A DNA stretch of 64,000 nt from Rubripirellula sp. (GTDB lineage: Bacteria > Planctomycetota > Planctomycetia > Pirellulales > Pirellulaceae): the NCBI GenBank assembly GCA_965216875.1, contig OZ244207.1:4448001-4512000 (forward strand). Reading direction: 5' to 3'. The position numbers were made by a program, and so were the translations under genes. The first letter of the stretch is position 1. Every line of letters begins with the position of its first letter. Positions 57,682 through 64,000 of this stretch are shown in pieces. Below the pieces are notes generated by a model that saw only the letters and a program-made list of their open reading frames with translations, was not told the DNA's origin and searched no databases.

Positions 57682-59175
57682 ATGAACGACTCAATCGCGA
57701 CCCGTCAACGATATTGGTTGGTGTTCCTGTTGTTCTTGCACACAGTGAACACTTACATGGACCGAGTCGCGATCTCGTCCGCGAAAGGCCAAATGCAAAA
57801 CGACATCACTGGCCTTGATGATCAGATGATGGGTTACGTTTTCGGAATCTTCGCGATCGGGTATGCGTTGTTTCAGATTCCGGCGGGATGGTTCAGCGAT
57901 CGTGCAGGTCCGCGCCACGCTTTGACCATCGTCGTGATCATCTGGAGCGTGTTCACCGCGATGACGGGCGCCGTCTATACCGCGATCAGCCTGTTGGTGG
58001 TTCGCTTTTTGTTTGGTGTTGGCGAAGCGGGAGCCTACCCAGGAGCAACCCGCGCACTTTACAGTTGGCTTCCAGCCAAAGAGCGCGGGTTGGGGCAGGG
58101 TATTTTTCACTCGGGCGCCCGCGTCGGCGCGGCGTTATCGTTGGTCTTGATGCCCATCGTGATTGATGCGATTGGTTGGCGCATGACCTTTGTCGCCAAT
58201 GCTGCCTTGGGACTGATCTGGGGCGTTGTCTGGTGGGTTTGGTACCGCAACGATCCGTCGGAACACAGCAAAGTCAATCAAGCCGAAGTGGAGCTGATTG
58301 GGAAAGGGATCGCAGCCGAGGCGACTGAAAAGGAAGGCGTTCCCTACTTCCAGATCGTGACATCGGCAAACGTCCTGCTGGCGATGTTCCAGTACGCTGC
58401 CAGCAACATCACCTTTTTTATCAGTATCACCTGGCTGCAGTCACACATCGGGGATACTTGGGGCGACGAATACAAATACCTGGCCGCGGTTCCGCTCCTT
58501 TGCGGCGCTGTGGCGTTGTGGGTGTCGGGCTACGCTGTCACCTTCCTGCATAGCCGTGGCATGCCGGTGATTTCGCGACGCTTGCCCGCGATGTGCGGGT
58601 ATGCACTCGGAGCGGTGGGCCTGCTGCTCTGCACGCAAACGTCTGATTCAGAAAGCGTTTGGCCATTCATTGCGTGCTTCTCACTCGCCATCTTTGGTGT
58701 CGAAATGACACTCAGCCCGAGTTGGTCGTTCTGCATGGATATTGGCGGGACGCGATCGGGTGCGGTGTCCGCCGCGATGAACATGGTTGGCAACATGGGG
58801 GCTGCGGTGAGTGCGGTCGCGTTTCCCTTTTTCCGAGATCACATCACGATTCCCGGAATCGCTGATGTGCCCGGCACTGCCAATTCATTCTTCATCTTTG
58901 CGGCAACCATGAATGTGCTCGCCGTTTGTGCTTGGATGTTCATGAACCCGCTGCGACCGCTGAAAGAGATCTCGCAAAAAGCACTCAAGGCACGGATCGC
59001 GATTTTCGGTCTGATGATCGTTGTGGTCATCACAGCACTCATCTATACAAAGTTCATCTATCGTGACGAAAAACCCGACAAAGACCCCGCTGACAAACTC
59101 GAACAAGTCGAGCAACTCGAGCAACTCGAGCAGCCCAACGACACGTCGCCCGATACTGGGTTGCGTAGCCGATGA
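57682..59175 (+). CDS. MFS transporter (ACS/sugar-acid type)
   Basis: YMDRVAIS, GYALFQIPAGWFSDRAGPR, RFLFGVGEAGAYP, W.PAKERG. Confidence 0.93.
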   Translation: MNDSIATRQRYWLVFLLFLHTVNTYMDRVAISSAKGQMQNDITGLDDQMMGYVFGIFAIGYALFQIPAGWFSDRAGPRHALTIVVIIWSVFTAMTGAVYTAISLLVVRFLFGVGEAGAYPGATRALYSWLPAKERGLGQGIFHSGARVGAALSLVLMPIVIDAIGWRMTFVANAALGLIWGVVWWVWYRNDPSEHSKVNQAEVELIGKGIAAEATEKEGVPYFQIVTSANVLLAMFQYAASNITFFISITWLQSHIGDTWGDEYKYLAAVPLLCGAVALWVSGYAVTFLHSRGMPVISRRLPAMCGYALGAVGLLLCTQTSDSESVWPFIACFSLAIFGVEMTLSPSWSFCMDIGGTRSGAVSAAMNMVGNMGAAVSAVAFPFFRDHITIPGIADVPGTANSFFIFAATMNVLAVCAWMFMNPLRPLKEISQKALKARIAIFGLMIVVVITALIYTKFIYRDEKPDKDPADKLEQVEQLEQLEQPNDTSPDTGLRSR

Positions 59176-60421
59176 TGTCACCGGTGCCACCGACCTTGCG
59201 ATCAACTTGGTCGGCGGTGGGATGCGCGTCGTTCAGGTGTTGGGCGTTCCAACGGCGGAAAGTTTGGAAGCGTGCCGTGACTGCGATGCCATCGTGGTCG
59301 CACTCAAGTCGCGTTCGATCCCAGCCGGCGACGCGATCACGCTGTCGCTCCGCTCTCTGGCCGCACTAAAAGAGCTGGGGATCGAGCGGTTTTACTTCAA
59401 GTATTGCTCGACGTTCGATTCCACCCCCAAAGGCAATATCGGTCAGGTTGCCGAGGCCATGCTGGATGAGCTTGGGTCCGAACAAACGATTTTCTGTCCC
59501 GCGTTCCCTGGCGCCGGACGCACGGTCTATCAGGGCCACCTGTTCGTTGGCGATCAATTGCTTAGCGAATCTGGCATGCAACACCATCCGCTCAATCCGA
59601 TGACCGATGCGAATCTCGTTCGTGTTCTCGCCGAACAAACGAGCCGCGGCGTCGGGCTGCTCGCCCACAACGATATCCTTTCGGGCAACGTGCAAGGCAG
59701 GCTTGCTGAGCTAAGAGAAAACGACACGCCGCTTGTCATCGTTGACGCTTGTGACGACCAACACCTTCAGCTTGTCGCAAACGGTGTTGCCGACATGCCG
59801 CTGCTAACTGGCGGATCGGGGCTCCCAAAGTTCTTGGCATCGGCATACCGCGAACGCGGCATCATGACATCGTCGGCTTACACACCCCAGCTACCCAATG
59901 TTCAAGGACGCAGTCTTGTCGTGGCGGGCAGCTGCTCAAAAGCAACGAACGCGCAGGTGGCACGCGCTGAAAAGAAATATCCGGTTTGGCGCGTCGACGT
60001 GCCAAGTATGATTGCCAGCTCGAGTGAAATGCTTGACGCGCTGCGAAACTGGGCGGGCGATCAATCGGTCGACCAACCGCTCGTCATTGCCTCGACGTCG
60101 ACTCCCGATTCGGTCGCGAAAGTCCAACAAGCGTTCGGGGGCGAAAAGGCTGCCGAGGCGATCGAGCAATTCCTGTCGGCCGCAACACGAATGCTGGTCG
60201 AAGATCTCGACGTCAGCCGACTCGTCTTGGCGGGGGGCGAAACGTCAGGAGCGATCACTGCCGCTCTTGACGTGACCACCATGGAAATTGGCAAGGAAAT
60301 CTGCCCAGGTGTTCCCTGGACGGAAACGACCGTCGGTGATCGGCGACTCGCTTTGGCGCTCAAGTCGGGCAACTTCGGTGGTGAAGACTTTTTTGAACAA
60401 GCTTTGGAAATGTTGCCATGA
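59063..60421 (+). CDS. otnK: 3-oxo-tetronate kinase (DUF1537 family); start uncertain
   Basis: LGCVADDVTGATDLA, FKYCSTFDST..GNIG, HHPLNPMTDANL, AGGETSG, LKSGNFGGEDFF; nearest in-frame GTG is at 59063. Confidence 0.88.
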   Translation: MTKNPTKTPLTNSNKSSNSSNSSSPTTRRPILGCVADDVTGATDLAINLVGGGMRVVQVLGVPTAESLEACRDCDAIVVALKSRSIPAGDAITLSLRSLAALKELGIERFYFKYCSTFDSTPKGNIGQVAEAMLDELGSEQTIFCPAFPGAGRTVYQGHLFVGDQLLSESGMQHHPLNPMTDANLVRVLAEQTSRGVGLLAHNDILSGNVQGRLAELRENDTPLVIVDACDDQHLQLVANGVADMPLLTGGSGLPKFLASAYRERGIMTSSAYTPQLPNVQGRSLVVAGSCSKATNAQVARAEKKYPVWRVDVPSMIASSSEMLDALRNWAGDQSVDQPLVIASTSTPDSVAKVQQAFGGEKAAEAIEQFLSAATRMLVEDLDVSRLVLAGGETSGAITAALDVTTMEIGKEICPGVPWTETTVGDRRLALALKSGNFGGEDFFEQALEMLP

Positions 60422-61050
60422 GCGAACAAGAACTTCGCGAACGCATCGCGTTGCACGGCAAGTCGATTTTCGACCGAGGGTTAACGGCAGGAAGCTCGGG
60501 GAACATTTCGGTTCGCATCGGCCAAGAGATGTTGATCACGCCGACCAACAGCTGCCTTGGTCGCCTTGATCCCGATCGCATTACCAAGATCGATGCTCTT
60601 GGAAATGTGGTTTCGGGCGATCAGCCGTCCAAGGAAGCATTCCTGCATCATTCGATGTACCGATCACGTCCCGACGAACAATCGATCGTCCACCTCCACT
60701 CGACGCACTCGGTCGCCGTCTCGTGCCTTGATGGGATTGATCCCGAAAACGTTTTGCCGCCGATCACCGCTTACTACGTCATGCGAGTCGGCATGCTGCC
60801 GCTTGTGCCATACTTTGCTCCCGGCGACCAAACGCTCGCCGCGGCGGTTGAGCAGGCATCCAAAAACGCTCATGCCGTGCTTCTTTCAAACCATGGCCCT
60901 GTTGTGGCCGGCAAGAACCTCGAAGCGGCAGTCAACGCAACGGAAGAGCTCGAAGAGACCGCGAAACTTTTCTTGATGCTTCGCAACGAAAAGATTCGCG
61001 CACTCACGCCCGATCAAGTCGCCGATCTTCGCGCCAAGTTCTCGAACTAA
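60418..61050 (+). CDS. otnC: 3-oxo-tetronate 4-phosphate decarboxylase (class II aldolase fold)
   Basis: GSSGNIS, TPTNSCLG, PSKE..LH, VHLHSTH, NHGPVV, EELEETAKL; ATGA overlap with otnK. Confidence 0.88.
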   Translation: MSEQELRERIALHGKSIFDRGLTAGSSGNISVRIGQEMLITPTNSCLGRLDPDRITKIDALGNVVSGDQPSKEAFLHHSMYRSRPDEQSIVHLHSTHSVAVSCLDGIDPENVLPPITAYYVMRVGMLPLVPYFAPGDQTLAAAVEQASKNAHAVLLSNHGPVVAGKNLEAAVNATEELEETAKLFLMLRNEKIRALTPDQVADLRAKFSN

Positions 61051-61478
61051 CGTGATGCAAACGCAGTGATGATGTTGTGCCAGCCTGCGGCGGCCGGACT
61101 GCTGCAACGATTGCCCATGAAGGCATCCAGGACCTCGCGAGCACACGTACTTAGGTGCTGGTGATCCGAGCGATGCATCGACGACTGCATCAAGCCTTGA
61201 CGTTCACCAGGCGCTGTTCTCGCGATCGCTACAAGTCGCTCAAACTCCTGAATCGTCATTCCTTGATCATCAAGTTGCGCCGGTGGACGCGACTCCGTCT
61301 CGACAACCTCTTCGCCAAAAAAAGAAACGGGCGAATCAAACTCGTGCACGCCTTCTTCGCCAACGCGAAAGGGCGCAGCCGTTCGGTCGCACACCTTCTT
61401 AAAGGCGGATCCTTGATAGACGAACACGTCGCCCATTCGAAGATGAGCGAATTCTCGTTCAGTTGGTTCTGACATCAT
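61047..61478 (-). CDS. Hypothetical protein
   Basis: ORF filling the gap between otnC and the sulfatase gene; plausible start MMSEPT at 61478 (track start 61574). Confidence 0.5.
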   Translation of the reverse strand: MMSEPTEREFAHLRMGDVFVYQGSAFKKVCDRTAAPFRVGEEGVHEFDSPVSFFGEEVVETESRPPAQLDDQGMTIQEFERLVAIARTAPGERQGLMQSSMHRSDHQHLSTCAREVLDAFMGNRCSSPAAAGWHNIITAFASR

Positions 61479-61741
61479 GGGGCAAGTCAACCATTTTCGA
61501 TCGGCGCGATCGAACCGAATGTCTGGGGCGAACCTGCCATTTGGGGATCGATGCGCACTCAGTGTGGTGGCCAATACCTAAACCGGGTGATTCGGTTTAG
61601 ACGACGCGCGCTCGGTCGTATTCATCGACCAACTCATCAAATGGGATTAGCAAAACCGGGTCCCACAACGGCCGCGAACATCTCACCCACCGAGTGGGGA
61701 CCCTCCCCAGCCAGCCACAAGAACTGGTTCGAAAACTCGAA

Positions 61742-63943
61742 TCACCGGTCCGCGTACACGGGTGGCTTCCACCCCTTTGGCAAACGTCCTTGCGGCCGAA
61801 CCCCCAACGCATCGTCGGGAATCGGATGATCAGACATCTTCTGTAGCGGCTCGTCATCGGGAAGATGTTTGATGTCGATGTCTTTGAATTGCACCATCAT
61901 CTTCGGACCGACATGAACCTGAAAGGCGAGCACGCCTTCGAGCGCACGACCGGTTTCGTCAAAATCGACGAGGTCCGCGGTTTGATGACCATCGATCCAG
62001 TGCTGGTGATGATTCCCAACGACCTTCACGCGATAGTCGTGCCAACGATCTGCAGCAAACTTCTTGACCGGTAGTTTGCCAACGATCCAACTGCGTCCTT
62101 GAGGATCAATCACAACACGCTCGCCGGTATGTGCCAGGATGCGTCGCCCCTTTTCTTCATACAGCATGCCGTCGTAGTTCGGGTTACTCGACACGACATC
62201 GCATTGATAGCCGGTCACGACATCAAGTCCGAGATCAGGCCGTGACGTACCGCGGTACTGAATGCCGCTGTTACCGCCCGAGCTGAGCTTCACTTTGACT
62301 CGTAGATCAAAGTTGCGCACCGTCGATCCCTTCCAAGTGATGAATCGATTCATCTTGAGCGTTCCGTCGGTGACTCCGGTCAAAGCCCCCTCTTTGACCG
62401 ACCAGTACTTTCGATCGCCGGTCCAATTCCGAAGTGTCTTGCCATCAAAGAGCCGCACGAAACCATCGCGTCCTCTTCCCAAACTGACCGCCGCCGAAGC
62501 GACTGGGTGGGGGTCGGTCGATTTGGCGAACGTCCCTTTCAACGGTTCGAGCGAGCCACCAAGCTGATCCACTCGAGCATCCGTCCGCTTTCGCATCGCT
62601 TGAAGAACCTCTTGGTGTTTTGGATCGCCAACGAGATTCACCAGTTCGTCGGGATCGTTTTTTAGGTCATGCAGGAACTCGTGGTCATGGTCAAAGTAGC
62701 GAACGTACTTGTATTGTTCGTTGCGAATGCCCTCGAAGGCGGGAATGCGACTGCGGACCGCAAAGTGCTCGTGAAAGGATTCGGTTCGCCAGTCTTGAGG
62801 CGTACGACCGTCAACGATCGGCTGGAGACTGCGGCCTTGGTAACGTTCGGGAACATCAACGCCAGCCCATTGCAGGAATGTTGCTGGCAGATCGAGGTTC
62901 AACGCGATCGCATCGCTCACCTTGCCTTGCTCACTCTTCGCAGCGCGGGGGTCCATCACGACCATTGGCACGCGCAATGATTCTTCGTAGTGTGACCATT
63001 TGCCCGCCAAACCGCGGTTGCCCATGTAGTACCCATTGTCAGCCGAGTAAACGATGATCGTGTTGTCAGCCAATCCCGCTTCATCGAGAGCTTTGATGAA
63101 GCGACCGATCGCGCCGTCGATCCCGCTGACCATTCGATAGTACGACCGCATGTTCGTGTCATACTTTTGCGGTGTGTTCCAGCGCCAAAAGAACCTCTCT
63201 CGTCCGATGCTGGTGCGCAAGAAATCGGGCAATGCATCAAAGATCTTGACGTCACCCAATCGTGGTTCCGTGATCACGGCATCTTCGTACATCCCATCGA
63301 CTGCCTTGGGCCAGGGAAATTGCCCGATGCCTGGACGGCGGTCACCGTCTTCGGCATGACAAGCGTTGAACCACATGTTCAAGGCAAACGGCTTGCCCTT
63401 CGGATTCGATTGTATGAATTCGATTCCGCGATCAACAATCAACTCGGTCTCGTGCCGAAGCGACCCATCAGACTGAGGTTTGTAGAAAGGGTTGCGTCCA
63501 ATCGCCTCGAACTCGTCAAAATGAGCTTCGCGTTTGTAGCCCTTGGGCATCTTGGCGTGCCACTTGCCAAAGTAGCCTGTACGATACCCTGCGTCCCGAA
63601 GCAGATCGCTGTAGAGTTCGTTGACGGCATCGGGGCGTGCCAACTCAGGATTGCCCGGCGTTCCATACGAACGCCCCGTCAGTCCCGAAAGAATGGTCGT
63701 GCGACTGACCCAACAAATCGAGTGGCTGACAAACGCATTGGAAAATCGCGTTCCACGTCGAGCCAAACTGTCGATGTTTGGCGTTTGCACCACCTCGTTT
63801 CCGTAACAACCGATCGTGCTTGTCGTTTGGTCATCGGTAAAGAAGAAAACGATGTTCGGCTGTTCGGCACCGAAAACCGAGGGTTGTCTGTGCGCTAGCG
63901 AGAAAGCGGCAACGAGGCAAAGAAAGTAGCGAAGTCGAAACAT
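61742..63943 (-). CDS. Sulfatase with C-terminal DUF1080 (3-keto-disaccharide hydrolase-like) domain
   Basis: PNIVFFFTDDQ, CWVSR, GKWH, ADNG; LFDGKTL.NW, GNSGIQYR, G.LAFQVH.G...VQFKDI. Confidence 0.93.
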   Translation of the reverse strand: MFRLRYFLCLVAAFSLAHRQPSVFGAEQPNIVFFFTDDQTTSTIGCYGNEVVQTPNIDSLARRGTRFSNAFVSHSICWVSRTTILSGLTGRSYGTPGNPELARPDAVNELYSDLLRDAGYRTGYFGKWHAKMPKGYKREAHFDEFEAIGRNPFYKPQSDGSLRHETELIVDRGIEFIQSNPKGKPFALNMWFNACHAEDGDRRPGIGQFPWPKAVDGMYEDAVITEPRLGDVKIFDALPDFLRTSIGRERFFWRWNTPQKYDTNMRSYYRMVSGIDGAIGRFIKALDEAGLADNTIIVYSADNGYYMGNRGLAGKWSHYEESLRVPMVVMDPRAAKSEQGKVSDAIALNLDLPATFLQWAGVDVPERYQGRSLQPIVDGRTPQDWRTESFHEHFAVRSRIPAFEGIRNEQYKYVRYFDHDHEFLHDLKNDPDELVNLVGDPKHQEVLQAMRKRTDARVDQLGGSLEPLKGTFAKSTDPHPVASAAVSLGRGRDGFVRLFDGKTLRNWTGDRKYWSVKEGALTGVTDGTLKMNRFITWKGSTVRNFDLRVKVKLSSGGNSGIQYRGTSRPDLGLDVVTGYQCDVVSSNPNYDGMLYEEKGRRILAHTGERVVIDPQGRSWIVGKLPVKKFAADRWHDYRVKVVGNHHQHWIDGHQTADLVDFDETGRALEGVLAFQVHVGPKMMVQFKDIDIKHLPDDEPLQKMSDHPIPDDALGVRPQGRLPKGWKPPVYADR

Positions 63944-64000
63944 TGTGGTGGGCTCGTGTTTTTGCTGAAACCGGAGACGCGGCCAAATTCAATCGATCGA

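Overview
64-kb window from a GC-rich bacterium, very probably a planctomycete of the Pirellulaceae type. This is inferred from ECF sigma/Ser-Thr kinase pairs, three sulfatases, SHD1, DUF1080 and PQQ-propeller proteins, an MfnE/Orf21-like kinase and dense intergenic palindromic repeats. Recognisable content: rho, an atypical tRNA-Ser(GGA), a PARG-type macrodomain gene, a polyamine operon (SPFH-speD-DUF4178-small protein-DUF350-speE-flavin oxidase-membrane protein), a BamA apparently split into a POTRA gene and a barrel gene, kdsA, monomeric icd, and a LysR-MFS-otnK-otnC catabolic unit. Two signals stand out. (1) A 9-kb locus (41.4-50.6 kb) has five genes for secreted proteins, each preceded by the same bipartite motif GTAAC-N16-CGCTTGG, around a membrane Ser/Thr kinase and an ECF sigma factor. 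Its products include a signal + acidic-pro + Tyr/Cys/Arg-rich core prepropeptide, a trypsin-like protease and YbjN-like domain proteins, with a CARDB-like gene directly downstream. (2) A hidden selenoprotein candidate at 32674-34083 has an in-frame UGA in a deiodinase-like C-L-T-U-P-P-F motif followed by a SECIS-like hairpin. All family assignments come from motif recognition by eye; no database searches were run.
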